Under the pieces are notes generated by a model. The model did not search any database and was not told where the DNA came from. It saw nothing but the letters and a program-made list of their open reading frames with translations. From positions 13,822-77,821 of the forward strand of contig JBHEOS010000002.1 in NCBI GenBank assembly GCA_046260695.1: a DNA stretch of 64,000 nucleotides, given 5' to 3'. How positions within the stretch are numbered: the stretch's first letter is position 1; every line of letters begins with the position of its first letter. Below are positions 31,183 through 42,385 of this stretch, in pieces. Origin of the DNA: Gammaproteobacteria bacterium (lineage in GTDB: Bacteria; Pseudomonadota; Gammaproteobacteria; Thiohalobacterales; Thiohalobacteraceae). The translations under genes were made by a program, and so were the position numbers.

Positions 31183-31757
31183 GGCCGCCCCCCTGTCGTC
31201 TCGTCCGATGGGTTCGTGGCGGCCCGCTGACTGGCGAGCAGGGTGAATTCGGCGCTGCGGCGGCGATCCGCGGTCTTGGTCTCGATCACATTGAGCTTCG
31301 GGTTGCCGATCCACAGCGAACCGTCGATGTTGCGCATGTAGGCCGAGACCCGGGCGTTGGACTGGGCGACCCCTTCCAGCGTGAGTCCGGCGCCTTTCTG
31401 GGTGACCTTGGTGAGGTGCACGCCTTCGGGCAGGGTGCGCACCAGCTCGTCCATCAGGTGGACACTCACGGGTCGGTTGCTCTGCAGTTCCTGGATCACA
31501 TTCATGCGCGCCAGCAGGTTGGCCTTGGTCGTTTCCAGGTCCTTGATCTTGACGATGCGGCCGTCGAGGGCCTTGATCTCGCTTTGCAGGAAACCGTTGC
31601 GCGATTCCTGACCACCGATCAGGTTGTCCATGTGCATGTGGCCGATGAGCACGGCGAATGCGGCAAACATGGCGCCGGCCACGGCCTGGCCGACGAATTC
31701 CCGTTGCTTGCGTTTGCGCTCCCATTCACGCCAGGGGAGTAGATTGATGCGTGCCAT
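31179..31757 (-). CDS. pilN: Type IV pilus assembly protein PilN
   Basis: N-terminal MARINLLPWREW motif, a single TM helix and the Fimbrial assembly (PilN) domain. Confidence 0.9.
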   Translation of the reverse strand: MARINLLPWREWERKRKQREFVGQAVAGAMFAAFAVLIGHMHMDNLIGGQESRNGFLQSEIKALDGRIVKIKDLETTKANLLARMNVIQELQSNRPVSVHLMDELVRTLPEGVHLTKVTQKGAGLTLEGVAQSNARVSAYMRNIDGSLWIGNPKLNVIETKTADRRRSAEFTLLASQRAATNPSDETTGGRP

Positions 31758-31758
31758 G

Positions 31759-32895
<1,137 letters not shown>

Positions 32896-33022
32896 TCAAC
32901 TGCTTGTCAACCATATGTCTCTCGGATCACCAGGCGCTTCGAACAAGGGTATCGGGAGATTTTTATTTTCCTTTATAGTCTAATAGCGGATCTTGTTCAC
33001 AACCTGGCGGCTAGTGCATTTC

Positions 33023-35410
33023 ATGAGTTTCCTGCGGCTTGCAGTGACCGCGCTGTTTGGCGTCATGACCGCGACGCTGTTCCTGGCCGTTGGGATCTAT
33101 GCATATATCGCGCCGGAGTTGCCCTCGCTTGAGGCGCTGCGGGATATTCAGTTACAGGTCCCCCTGCGCGTCTACACGCGAGACCGGCAGCTGATCGCCG
33201 AATTCGGCGAGAAGCGCCGCCTGCCCGTGACCATCGACGAAGTCCCGGAGGTGATGGTCCAGGCCTTTCTGGCCGCCGAGGACGACCGCTTCTTCCAGCA
33301 TCCCGGGGTCGACTATCAAGGCCTGCTGCGGGCCGGTATCGAGCTGGTGCGGACTGGCGAGAAGCGCCAGGGCGGCAGCACGATCACCATGCAGGTTGCG
33401 CGCAATTACTTCCTGACCCGCGATAAGACCTATCTGCGCAAACTCACCGAGATCCTGCTGGCGCTGAAGATCGAGCGCGAGCTTGGCAAGCGGGAGATCC
33501 TCGAACTGTATCTGAATAAGATCTACCTGGGACAGCGCGCCTACGGTGTCGGCGCGGCCGCGCAGGTGTACTACGGCAGCACGCTGGAGGCGTTGAGCGT
33601 CGCCCAGCACGCCATGATCGCCGGTCTGCCGAAGGCGCCCTCGCTCTATAACCCGGTCACGGACCCGCGTCGCGCCCTGGTGCGGCGTAATTACATCCTG
33701 GGACGCATGCGCGATCTGGGCTACATCGATGCGGCGAGCTACGCGCAGGCCATCGCCGAGGTCGACCGCGCGCGCGTGCATGCCGCGGCCATCGAGGTCG
33801 AGGCGCCCTATGTCGCGGAAATGGTGCGTGCCGAGTTGATCAGGCAATACGGCGAGGCCATCTACGAGCAAGGTTTGCAGGTACACACGACCTTGAGCGG
33901 TCGACACCAGACGGCCGCCAACGCGGCCTTGCGCGCGGGCCTGCTGGACTACGACCGCCGGCACGGTTACCGCGGGCCGGAACGCCAGGTCGAATTGCCC
34001 GCGGGTGCTGACGCCGAAACGGCTGCGGCCCTGTTGCGGAATGAGCGGACCCTGGGCGGTCTGCAACCGGCCATTGTGATCGAGGTCGAGGCCCAGGCCT
34101 GTCGGGTGGTGCTGCGCGATGGTCGCACGTTGCGGCTCGATTGGGACGGGCTGAGTTGGGCGCGCCGCTATCAGAGCGCCAATCAGCGCGGCGCGGTCCC
34201 GAAGGCCGCGGCCGAGGTGGTCGCGGTCGGGGATCTGGTGCGAGTCGCCCCGGACAGTGCCCCGGACAGTGAGGGCTGGCGTCTGGCGCAACTGCCGGCG
34301 GTCGAGGGTGCGCTGGTGTCGCTGGACCCGGCCGACGGTGCGGTGCAGGCCTTGGTGGGCGGATTCGATTTCCAGCGCAGCAAGTTCAATCGCGCGGTGC
34401 AGGCGAACCGGCAGCCCGGCTCGAGCTTCAAACCCTTTGTCTATTCCGCCGCGCTGGAACTGGGCTTCACAACGGCCTCGGTACTCAACGACGCGCCGGT
34501 GGTGTTCGATGACTCCTCGCTGGAACGGGCCTGGCGGCCGGAGAATTACAGCGGCCGTTTCTATGGACCGACGCGCCTGCGCGAGGCGTTGGTGCACTCG
34601 CGCAATCTGGTGTCGATCCGGCTGCTGCAGGCGGCCGGTGTGCGTCCCGCGCGGGAACACGTGCTGCGCTTCGGCCTCCGCCCGGAGTCGGTGCCGGCGG
34701 AACTCTCGATGTCCTTGGGCAGCGGGACCTTGACGCCGCTGGAGATCACCCGCGCCTATGCCGTGTTCGCCAACGGCGGTCAGGGGGTCGAACCATATTT
34801 CATCGAACGGATCGTCGACTCCAGCGGGAAACTTCTGTTCGAGGCCCAACCGCTGCGGGCCTGTCGGGACTGCGCCCCCGATCAACCGCCGGTGGACGGC
34901 GCCCCCGGTCCCGCGCCGCGGGTGATCACGGCGCAGAACGCCTGGCTGATGACCTCGATGATGCAGGACGTGATCCGTCGCGGGACGGGACAGAAGGCGC
35001 GTGAACTGGGCCGCAACGATCTCGCCGGTAAGACCGGCACCACCAATGAGCAGCGCGATGCCTGGTTCTGCGGATATTCGCCCACGCTGGTGGCGAGCGC
35101 CTGGATCGGTTTCGACGGACTTGCGCCCCTGGGCGCCCGCGAGACCGGCGGCAATGCCGCGTTGCCGATCTGGATGGACTATATGCGGCCGGCGCTCGAC
35201 GGGGTGCCCGTGGCGCAACTGCCGGCCCCGGAGGGCCTGGTGACGGTGCGCATCGACCCGCACGATGGTCTGCTGGCTGGCGCCGGACAGGCCGATGCGG
35301 TGTTCGAGGTCTTCCGGGAGGGCGAGGTGCCGGAACGCACCAGTCTCGGCGGCATCACGTCCGACGGCCTGGGGGGCAGTGGTGACGGCTTGTCCGAGCC
35401 GCTATTCTGA
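33023..35410 (+). CDS. mrcA: Penicillin-binding protein 1A (bifunctional transglycosylase/transpeptidase)
   Basis: GT51 motifs EDDRFFQHPGVD, GGSTITMQ and RKLTEIL. Transpeptidase motifs SSFKP, SRN and KTGTT. The gene is divergent from pilM as in Pseudomonas. The start is uncertain (TTG 32993, GTG 33014 or ATG 33023). Confidence 0.92.
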   Translation: MSFLRLAVTALFGVMTATLFLAVGIYAYIAPELPSLEALRDIQLQVPLRVYTRDRQLIAEFGEKRRLPVTIDEVPEVMVQAFLAAEDDRFFQHPGVDYQGLLRAGIELVRTGEKRQGGSTITMQVARNYFLTRDKTYLRKLTEILLALKIERELGKREILELYLNKIYLGQRAYGVGAAAQVYYGSTLEALSVAQHAMIAGLPKAPSLYNPVTDPRRALVRRNYILGRMRDLGYIDAASYAQAIAEVDRARVHAAAIEVEAPYVAEMVRAELIRQYGEAIYEQGLQVHTTLSGRHQTAANAALRAGLLDYDRRHGYRGPERQVELPAGADAETAAALLRNERTLGGLQPAIVIEVEAQACRVVLRDGRTLRLDWDGLSWARRYQSANQRGAVPKAAAEVVAVGDLVRVAPDSAPDSEGWRLAQLPAVEGALVSLDPADGAVQALVGGFDFQRSKFNRAVQANRQPGSSFKPFVYSAALELGFTTASVLNDAPVVFDDSSLERAWRPENYSGRFYGPTRLREALVHSRNLVSIRLLQAAGVRPAREHVLRFGLRPESVPAELSMSLGSGTLTPLEITRAYAVFANGGQGVEPYFIERIVDSSGKLLFEAQPLRACRDCAPDQPPVDGAPGPAPRVITAQNAWLMTSMMQDVIRRGTGQKARELGRNDLAGKTGTTNEQRDAWFCGYSPTLVASAWIGFDGLAPLGARETGGNAALPIWMDYMRPALDGVPVAQLPAPEGLVTVRIDPHDGLLAGAGQADAVFEVFREGEVPERTSLGGITSDGLGGSGDGLSEPLF

Positions 35411-35440
35411 GTCCGGCGAATCCTTGAATGAGTGGTGAGC

Positions 35441-36049
35441 ATGGCCGTACGCCACAGCACGCGCGACCGCCAGATGCGCCAGCGCATCGCCCAGGAGGCG
35501 GCGCGGCTGATCGTCAGCGAGGGGATTGGCGATTACCGGGTCGCCAAGCGCAAGGCCGCGGCGCGGCTGGGCGCGCCGGATACCCAGAATCTGCCGCGCA
35601 ACACCGAGGTCGAAGCGGAACTGAGCGCCTATCAGCGCCTGTTCCAGGCGCAGGACCAGCCGCAGCTGATACGCCAGCTGCGGTGCGCCGCCTTGGATGC
35701 GATGCGCTTCTTCGAGCGTTTTGAGCCCCGCCTCACCGGGCCCGTGTTGGCGGGGACCGCGGGCGCGCACTCCGACATCAATCTGCACGTGTTCGCCGAA
35801 TCGCCGGAGGAGGTCGCCTTGTTCCTGTTCGAGGCGAATGTCCCCTTCGAGCAGGACCAGCGGCGCCTGCGTCTGAATCACACGGATTTCGAAAGCTACC
35901 CGACGCTGCGTTTTTTGGCCGGCGATGCGCGAATCGAGGCCGTGATCTTCCCGCTCAACGGGTTGCGTCAGGCCCCGCGCAGCCCGCTCGATGGCAAGCC
36001 CATGCCGCGCGCGAATCTGCGGCGCGTCGAGGAGCTGCTGGCCGAGTGA
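35441..36049 (+). CDS. Conserved hypothetical protein with degenerate nucleotidyltransferase-like motif
   Basis: ATG 35441 (ORF-track GTG is at 35432). The coding frame is GC3-rich. The segment GPVLAGTAGAHSDINLHVF resembles the minimal Pol-beta-type NTase G[ST]..G...D.[DE] motif but with D-I-N. No family could be assigned with confidence. Confidence 0.7.
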   Translation: MAVRHSTRDRQMRQRIAQEAARLIVSEGIGDYRVAKRKAAARLGAPDTQNLPRNTEVEAELSAYQRLFQAQDQPQLIRQLRCAALDAMRFFERFEPRLTGPVLAGTAGAHSDINLHVFAESPEEVALFLFEANVPFEQDQRRLRLNHTDFESYPTLRFLAGDARIEAVIFPLNGLRQAPRSPLDGKPMPRANLRRVEELLAE

Positions 36050-36052
36050 GCC

Positions 36053-37306
36053 TCAGGGCTTGGCCGGCGGGTAATGCGCTGGATATGCGGCGCGCGCCAC
36101 GCCGGTGTCCACCGCCGCCTGGGCGATCGCCGGGGGCACGAAGTCGATCAGGCGCGGGTCCAGGGGTTTCGGGATGATGTACTCGGGGCCGAATTCCAGC
36201 CGCTCCAGGCCATAGGCCTCCAGCACCGCCGCGGGCACCGGTTCGCGCGCCAGCCGACGCAGCGCCTGCACCGCGGCGATCTGCATGGCCTGGTTGATGG
36301 TGCGCGCGTGCACGTCCAGCGCGCCGCGGAAGATGAACGGAAAACCGAGCACGTTGTTGACCTGGTTCGGGTAGTCGCTGCGGCCGGTGGCCATGATCAG
36401 ATCGTCGCGCGCGGCGAGGGCGGTCTCTGGGCGGATCTCCGGATCGGGGTTGGACAGCGCGAACACGATCGGCCGGGTCGCCATGCTCTGGAGCATGGCG
36501 ACGGTCATGATGTCCGGCCCCGACACGCCGATGAAGACATCGGCATCGCGCACCGCATCGGCCAGCGTGATGCGGTCGGTGTCGACCGCGAATTCCTGTT
36601 TGTACGGATTGAGATCGTCGCGGCCGTTGCGGATCACGCCCTGGCGGTCGATCAGCAGGATGTTGCCCGGGGTGGCGCCCAAGGCCAGCAACAGACGCAT
36701 CGAGGCCAGCCCGGCGGCCCCGGCACCCACGCAGGCGATGCGCGCCGCGGCCAGGGTCTTGCCTTGCAATTCCAACGCGTTGAGCAGACCGGCGGCGATG
36801 ATGATCGCCGTGCCGTGCTGATCGTCGTGGAACACCGGGATGTCCAGGTGTTCGCTCAGGCGGCGTTCGATCTCGAAGCAGTGCGGCGCGGCGATGTCTT
36901 CCAGATTGATGCCGCCGAAGGTCGGGGCGATGGCGATCACGGTCTGGATGAAGACCTCGGGATCCTGCGCGTTGACCTCGATGTCGAACACATCGATGTC
37001 GGCGAAGCGCTTGAACAGCACGCCCTTGCCCTCCATCACCGGTTTGCCGGCCAGGGCGCCGACATTGCCCAGGCCGAGCACGGCGGTGCCGTCGGTGATC
37101 ACGCCGACCAGATTGCCCTTGGCGGTGTAGCGGTAGGCATTGGCCGCATCTGTCACGATGGCGCGTACCGGTTCGGCAACGCCGGGGGTGTAGGCCAGGG
37201 CCAGATCTTGCTGGGTCGCGCACGGTTTGGTCACTTCGATGGCGATCTTGCCGGGGCGCGGCAGGGCGTGATAGTCGAGGGCGGCTTGCTTACGATCTTG
37301 GGCCAT
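36053..37306 (-). CDS. NAD(P)-dependent malic enzyme (short, single-module form)
   Basis: [20 protein letters not shown]...[10 protein letters not shown] and the Rossmann motif VGAGAAG. At ~417 aa it lacks a PTA-like C-terminal domain. Confidence 0.92.
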   Translation of the reverse strand: MAQDRKQAALDYHALPRPGKIAIEVTKPCATQQDLALAYTPGVAEPVRAIVTDAANAYRYTAKGNLVGVITDGTAVLGLGNVGALAGKPVMEGKGVLFKRFADIDVFDIEVNAQDPEVFIQTVIAIAPTFGGINLEDIAAPHCFEIERRLSEHLDIPVFHDDQHGTAIIIAAGLLNALELQGKTLAAARIACVGAGAAGLASMRLLLALGATPGNILLIDRQGVIRNGRDDLNPYKQEFAVDTDRITLADAVRDADVFIGVSGPDIMTVAMLQSMATRPIVFALSNPDPEIRPETALAARDDLIMATGRSDYPNQVNNVLGFPFIFRGALDVHARTINQAMQIAAVQALRRLAREPVPAAVLEAYGLERLEFGPEYIIPKPLDPRLIDFVPPAIAQAAVDTGVARAAYPAHYPPAKP

Positions 37307-37379
37307 GGGGGTTCCGTCGGGAGGCTGGACACGCGCGGGGGCTGCGCGGGCGCAGATGATACCAGGAACATCGCGTCGG

Positions 37380-38849
37380 TCAGCGGACGATCTTCAGAGA
37401 CTCGCCGGGCGTGGGTTCGCCCTGGGGATAGCGGCCGTTCAGCAGGCGCAGCTGGGCCTCGGGGTGGTTGGGGATGGCCGAGCTGCGGGCCAGGTCGGCG
37501 AAGCGGGTGGCCGGTCCGGCCCGGAGGATGCGGATGCGCTGGGGCTGGGCCAGCGCCTGCTCGTCGGCCGTGAGGCCGCGGAAGCTGCGCACCGTTTGGA
37601 GGAGCTCGGCGTCGTGACGGTAGGGTTGGCCCCGGGCCTTGGACAGACCCGCGAAGATCAGTGCCTGGTCGCCCCGGTAGAGCACCGCGAAGCGCACCGG
37701 TAACCGGCCGAATGGGGTGTCCTGCTCGGCAATCCCGGTGTAGCCCTGCATCCCCGCGTGGGTGATGGGCTCGCCGTTGCGCAGATCGGCGAGCTTCAGC
37801 CGCTCGCGCAGAAAGGTCTGCGGCGGCACCCGCTTGTTCAGGTCCTGCATGCTGAACTGCATCATGCCTTGATTGTCGCCCGACTGCGCCATCAGGCTGG
37901 CGGGGCGGTTGTCGATGCGCCAGCCGCTCGGGAACTCCAGGGTGAAGTCCAGCGCCCGGTGATAGAAACGGTTGCCGCGGCGGATACCCTCGCGTTCGCC
38001 GTCGCCGAAGGTCAGCCCGTCGATCTTGCGCAAGAATTCCTCGCTTTGCCGGGCATTGGCGGCGGGGCTGGCATACTGGCCGGCCGCTGCGATGGCCTCC
38101 TGCAGGCGCGTGTCGTTGGCCGGGTGGGTCGAAAACAGGCCGTGATACACGCGCGGCTCGCGGCCCTCTTCCTTGGCACGCTGGAGCTCGAACGTTTCCT
38201 GGTCCTTCAGTACGCCGATCACCCGCAGCATGGCCTGGGGGTCATAGCTGCTGCGGGCCAGGTATTCGGCACCGAGCCGGTCGGCCTCCAGCTCATGCTC
38301 CCGACCGTAGCCGCGCACGAACGCGGTGCCGGCGATCTGGGCCAGGTCGCCGGCACCCTGCACGCCGGAGGCCCCGGCGATCACTGCGCCGAGCAGGCCG
38401 GTGGCCGTCGCGGCGCTGTGCTGGCGCACGCTGTGCCGCGCGGTGACGTGTCCCAGCTCGTGCCCGAGTACCGCGGCGAGTTCGGCCTCGGAGTTCAGGT
38501 AGGCGAGCAGGCCGCGGGTGATATAGATGTAGCCGCCCGGCAGGGCGAAGGCGTTCACGTCCTGGCTGTCGAGCACGGTGAAACGGTAGATCAGGTTGGG
38601 GCGGTGGCTGTGCGGGACCAGACGCTCGCCCACCCGCTGGACGTAGGCGGTCAGCGCCGGGTCCTCGTAGCGGGGCATTTCCTTGAGGACCTGCGGGTGG
38701 TACTGGCGGCCCAGCGCGATCTCCTGTTCCTCGGACATCAGCACGAAGTCGCTGGAGCCGGTGACCGGGTTGGTCGCGCAGCCCGCCAAGCCGAGCAGCC
38801 AGGGCAGCAGCAGGCAGGCGAGATAGGACAGGGCGCGGCGCGATGTCAT
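37380..38849 (-). CDS. M48-family zinc metalloprotease lipoprotein
   Basis: Lipobox LLGLAGC, the HELGHVTARH zinc-binding motif and a downstream glutamate-containing segment. Confidence 0.85.
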   Translation of the reverse strand: MTSRRALSYLACLLLPWLLGLAGCATNPVTGSSDFVLMSEEQEIALGRQYHPQVLKEMPRYEDPALTAYVQRVGERLVPHSHRPNLIYRFTVLDSQDVNAFALPGGYIYITRGLLAYLNSEAELAAVLGHELGHVTARHSVRQHSAATATGLLGAVIAGASGVQGAGDLAQIAGTAFVRGYGREHELEADRLGAEYLARSSYDPQAMLRVIGVLKDQETFELQRAKEEGREPRVYHGLFSTHPANDTRLQEAIAAAGQYASPAANARQSEEFLRKIDGLTFGDGEREGIRRGNRFYHRALDFTLEFPSGWRIDNRPASLMAQSGDNQGMMQFSMQDLNKRVPPQTFLRERLKLADLRNGEPITHAGMQGYTGIAEQDTPFGRLPVRFAVLYRGDQALIFAGLSKARGQPYRHDAELLQTVRSFRGLTADEQALAQPQRIRILRAGPATRFADLARSSAIPNHPEAQLRLLNGRYPQGEPTPGESLKIVR

Positions 38850-38854
38850 GGCGC

Positions 38855-39685
38855 CTATTCTAGCCTGTTCTGCGGCGTAAAGATCTCTAGGCCGGCGGGG
38901 TGGCGCAGCGGCAGGCGCAATTGGCCGCGGCGGGCATACAGCCAGCCCTGAACCTCGATCTCACGCCCGGCCAGCGCCTCCAGATCGAAGCCCTCGAACT
39001 GCCCCAGGTCGGCGCGTTCGATGCGCAGGGCGAGCTTGTCGGTCAGGTTGATCCAGGTCGCCGAGGCGCTGTGGCTGAGGTGGCTGACCCGGCCGCGGAC
39101 GATGTGGAAGCCCTCGCTGCGCAGGCTCAGCTGCGCCACCGGGACCGGTCGGTACTCCGCCAGCGCCCAGAGGCCGCGCTGACCCGCGCGTGCCGAGCGC
39201 GCCGCCTGCTGGTAGCAGCGCGCCTGCCAGGTGTTGGGTGGGATCACGATCTGGGTGCCCGCGCCCTCGTCGAGCAGTAGTTCGGTGATGTTGCGGCCAT
39301 CGGCCAGAAAGGCGTGGGCCAGCAACCGGCCGTAGCGGTCCTGGCGTTCGGTATCGAAGCGCAGCTGGAGTTGCTGTTGATTGCTGAAGACCAGCTGGCG
39401 CAGCCGGTCGCGGGCGGCGATCGCGCCGGCCTGCGGGCCGCGCTCCTGGTTGCCGAGTTCCGGGGTGTTGATGCCGATCAGGCGCAGGCGCCGCCCGTCG
39501 CTGAGCATCACGGTGTCGCCGTCCTGGACGACGCTGACCCGGACCCGCTCGTCGATGCGGTCGCTCAGGCAGGGTTGGGCGGCGAGCGGCGCGAACGGCA
39601 GCGCCAGCAGGATGGCCAGCAGACCGCCGAAACGCGCGGGGGCGGACCGTTGCCGATCCGCCCCCGCTGTCGCCTGACCGAACAC
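38855..39685 (-). CDS. Secreted thermonuclease (SNase) family protein
   Basis: SNase motifs VVQDGDTV...LRLIGINTPE and DRYGRLLAHAF. Signal peptide FGGLLAILLALPFAPLAAQ. Start set at in-frame GTG 39685 because ORF start 39796 would overlap rpmE. Confidence 0.72.
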   Translation of the reverse strand: MFGQATAGADRQRSAPARFGGLLAILLALPFAPLAAQPCLSDRIDERVRVSVVQDGDTVMLSDGRRLRLIGINTPELGNQERGPQAGAIAARDRLRQLVFSNQQQLQLRFDTERQDRYGRLLAHAFLADGRNITELLLDEGAGTQIVIPPNTWQARCYQQAARSARAGQRGLWALAEYRPVPVAQLSLRSEGFHIVRGRVSHLSHSASATWINLTDKLALRIERADLGQFEGFDLEALAGREIEVQGWLYARRGQLRLPLRHPAGLEIFTPQNRLE

Positions 39686-39696
39686 GTGGTCGAGGC

Positions 39697-39903
39697 CTAT
39701 TTCTTGATGCCGTACTTCTGGCGGAACTTCTCCATGCGGCCACCGGTGTCGAGGATCTTCTGCTTGCCGGTGAAGAACGGGTGGCACTGCGAGCACACCT
39801 CGATGCTGAGGTCGTGGCCGTTGGTCGAACTGGTCTTGAAGGTGTTGCCGCAGCTGCAGGTCACGGTGACCTCGCTGTACTTGGGATGGATGTCCGGCTT
39901 CAT
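39697..39903 (-). CDS. rpmE: 50S ribosomal protein L31 (Zn-ribbon type A)
   Basis: The sequence is MKPDIHPKY...CSCGN...[15 protein letters not shown] 39903 lies in frame within ORF 39697..40005. Confidence 0.95.
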   Translation of the reverse strand: MKPDIHPKYSEVTVTCSCGNTFKTSSTNGHDLSIEVCSQCHPFFTGKQKILDTGGRMEKFRQKYGIKK

Positions 39904-40008
39904 GTGCACGTCCTCGATAAACCGCCCGGCGGGGGCGCCCTGCGGCGCAACCGTGAAAGGCCGGCGATGATACGGGATCGCCCGCCGGGCCACAAGCTCA
40001 GGCACGGC

Positions 40009-40362
40009 TCAGGCCCGCGCTTGTCCGCGCGCGGGCCGGAAGCGCAGGACCGAGGCCGGTTCCCGCTGGGCGGGCGTCTGGTTGCCCTCGACCAGGACCT
40101 CGAGCAGCCCTCCGGGGCCGGTGATGCGTTCCCACATCAGGCGGTTCATGCGGATGCAGGCGGCCATCGGGGTCGCCGAGGTGCGACGGACCTGATCCAG
40201 TTTCCACTGCAGGCGGCGCAGCCGGGTCTGGAGATGCGCGGGGGCGCCCTGGATGACCTCTTCGATGGCGTGGTGGCGGCGGGCCTCGAAGCCCTCGGGG
40301 TCCCGGTCGGCGAGGCTGGCCCAGGTCTCAAAGTCGAAGTCGTGGTGAGCGGATTCAGGCAT
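40009..40362 (-). CDS. DUF3135 domain-containing protein
   Basis: From ATG 40362: HHDFDFETWASLADRDPEGFEARRHHAIEEVI...LRRLQWKLDQVRR matches my recollection of DUF3135 proteins. Confidence 0.68.
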   Translation of the reverse strand: MPESAHHDFDFETWASLADRDPEGFEARRHHAIEEVIQGAPAHLQTRLRRLQWKLDQVRRTSATPMAACIRMNRLMWERITGPGGLLEVLVEGNQTPAQREPASVLRFRPARGQARA

Positions 40363-40696
40363 GGCTGGCGTCTCCCGGCGTGGCCGTGGCGGGCACGGCA
40401 CTCATTATTGTTGTAGTCAAAACCTAGTCGAAACCGACTCTAGCACAGGGGGTAGGGTCAGTCATGCTTTTGGCGCCTAAAATCTGGCGCACTGTGGAAA
40501 ATAAGATATATAATATTGTTTTTAAAATATTTTATGCTTTGACGACGACGGTGGATGCGCGCCCCTGCGGGCCTGCGAGACGGCTACGGTCACCACGCAG
40601 GGGTTCGCCCGGGCGCCTGCGCATCGGTTAGAATGCCTGCCCGCCCAAGGCCCCGCCCCGCGCGACCGGGCCTCCACACCCCAGGTACCTCCGCCC

Positions 40697-42007
40697 GTGC
40701 CCAGCCAGCCCAAGATCGGTTTTGTCAGCCTCGGTTGCCCCAAGGCCCTGGTCGATTCGGAGCGCATCCTGACCCGGCTGCGGGCCGAGGGCTACGCCAT
40801 CGTACCGACCTATGCCGATGCCGATCTGGTGGTCGTGAATACCTGCGGCTTCATCGACAGCGCGGTGGAGGAATCGCTGGATGCGATCGGCGAGGCGCTG
40901 GCCGAGAACGGCAAGGTCATCGTGACCGGCTGCCTCGGGGCGCGCGCCGAGGCGGTGCGCGCCGCGCACCCGCAGGTGCTGGCGGTCAGCGGCCCGCAGG
41001 CCTACGAGCAGGTCATGGGGGCCGTGCACGAGCACCTGCCGCCGCCGACCGACCCGTTCACGGCGCTGCTGCCGCCCGGCGGGATCAAGCTCACGCCGCG
41101 GCACTACGCCTATCTGAAGATCGCCGAGGGCTGCAATCACCGCTGCAGCTTCTGCATCATCCCGTCCTTGCGCGGCGATCTGGTCTCGCGCCCGGCCGGC
41201 GAGGTGCTGGAGGAGGCCGAACAGCTGGTCCAGGCCGGTGTGAAGGAGCTCCTGATCGTGTCCCAGGACACCAGCGCCTACGGCGTCGATGTCCGCTACG
41301 GCACCAGCTTCTGGAAGGGGCGCCCGGTCAAGACGCGGTTGCTGGAACTGGCCAGGGCGCTGGGCGGCCTGGGCGTGTGGGTGCGCCTGCACTACATCTA
41401 TCCCTACCCGCACGTCGACGCGCTGATACCGCTGATGGCCGAGGGTCTGATCCTGCCTTATCTGGACATCCCGTTGCAGCACGCGAGCCCCCGCGTGCTC
41501 AAGGCGATGAAGCGTCCGGCCGCGGCCGAGGACAGCCTGCGGCGCATCGAGCACTGGCGCGCGGCCTGCCCGGACATCACCCTGCGCAGCACCTTCATTG
41601 TTGGCTTTCCGGGCGAGACCGAGGCGGAATTCACGGCGTTGCTGGCGTTCCTGGAGGCCGCGCAGCTCGACCGCGTCGGCTGTTTCAGCTATTCACCGGT
41701 GGCGGGCGCGGCCGCCAACGCCCTGCCGGATGCCGTCCCGGAGGCCGTCAAGGCGGAGCGCCACGCGCGCTTCATGGCGGTCCAGGCGCGCATCAGTACC
41801 GCGCGCCTGCAGGCCAAGCTGGGCCGCCGGATCGAGGTCATCATCGATGCCGTGGACGACCAGGGCGCGATCGGCCGCAGCCAGGCCGACGCCCCCGAGA
41901 TCGACGGCCAGGTGTTCGTCGATACCCAGGCAGTCTCCGTCGGCGACATCATCAGCGTGCAGATCACTGAGGCCGGCGAGCACGACCTGTTCGGTGTGCC
42001 GGTGTAG
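40697..42007 (+). CDS. rimO: Ribosomal protein S12 methylthiotransferase RimO
   Basis: MTTase N-domain ([17 protein letters not shown]), radical-SAM CNHRCSFC and a C-terminal TRAM domain. GTG start. Confidence 0.95.
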   Translation: MPSQPKIGFVSLGCPKALVDSERILTRLRAEGYAIVPTYADADLVVVNTCGFIDSAVEESLDAIGEALAENGKVIVTGCLGARAEAVRAAHPQVLAVSGPQAYEQVMGAVHEHLPPPTDPFTALLPPGGIKLTPRHYAYLKIAEGCNHRCSFCIIPSLRGDLVSRPAGEVLEEAEQLVQAGVKELLIVSQDTSAYGVDVRYGTSFWKGRPVKTRLLELARALGGLGVWVRLHYIYPYPHVDALIPLMAEGLILPYLDIPLQHASPRVLKAMKRPAAAEDSLRRIEHWRAACPDITLRSTFIVGFPGETEAEFTALLAFLEAAQLDRVGCFSYSPVAGAAANALPDAVPEAVKAERHARFMAVQARISTARLQAKLGRRIEVIIDAVDDQGAIGRSQADAPEIDGQVFVDTQAVSVGDIISVQITEAGEHDLFGVPV

Positions 42008-42139
42008 CCGCGCGCGGCTCAGCCTGAATACTCCAGGTTAGGGAAGTTCTTAAAGCCAGTCCGTTGGTGGTGAGTCTGTCGAACCACGAACGGACGTATC
42101 GCCTTCACTATCACGGGGCGCTTCCCGTGTGCCCTTTCC

Positions 42140-42385
42140 TTAGACGGTTTCCGAGCGTGGCGCCTCGGTGATCTGATCCAGGCGGATCTCCAGCCGCTCG
42201 CCCGCGGCCGTCTCTGCGATCAGGAACTCCTCGCCCCGGCGGGTCTGGAGGTCACGCGGCAACAACCGCTCGACCTGCGAAAGACCGGCGGCGTCCCGCC
42301 AAGCGATGCGCAATCGCCAGCCGCGTAGGATCGCGAGTTCGAAGGCGCTGTATTGATCGCAATCAATCGGGGTGTAGTCACTCAT
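42140..42385 (-). CDS. rof: Rho-binding antiterminator Rof
   Basis: It aligns along its whole length with E. coli Rof/YaeO from memory (YTPIDCDQY..ELA...; LIAETAAGERLEIRLDQIT versus VVEAAGETRELRLDKIT). Confidence 0.85.
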   Translation of the reverse strand: MSDYTPIDCDQYSAFELAILRGWRLRIAWRDAAGLSQVERLLPRDLQTRRGEEFLIAETAAGERLEIRLDQITEAPRSETV

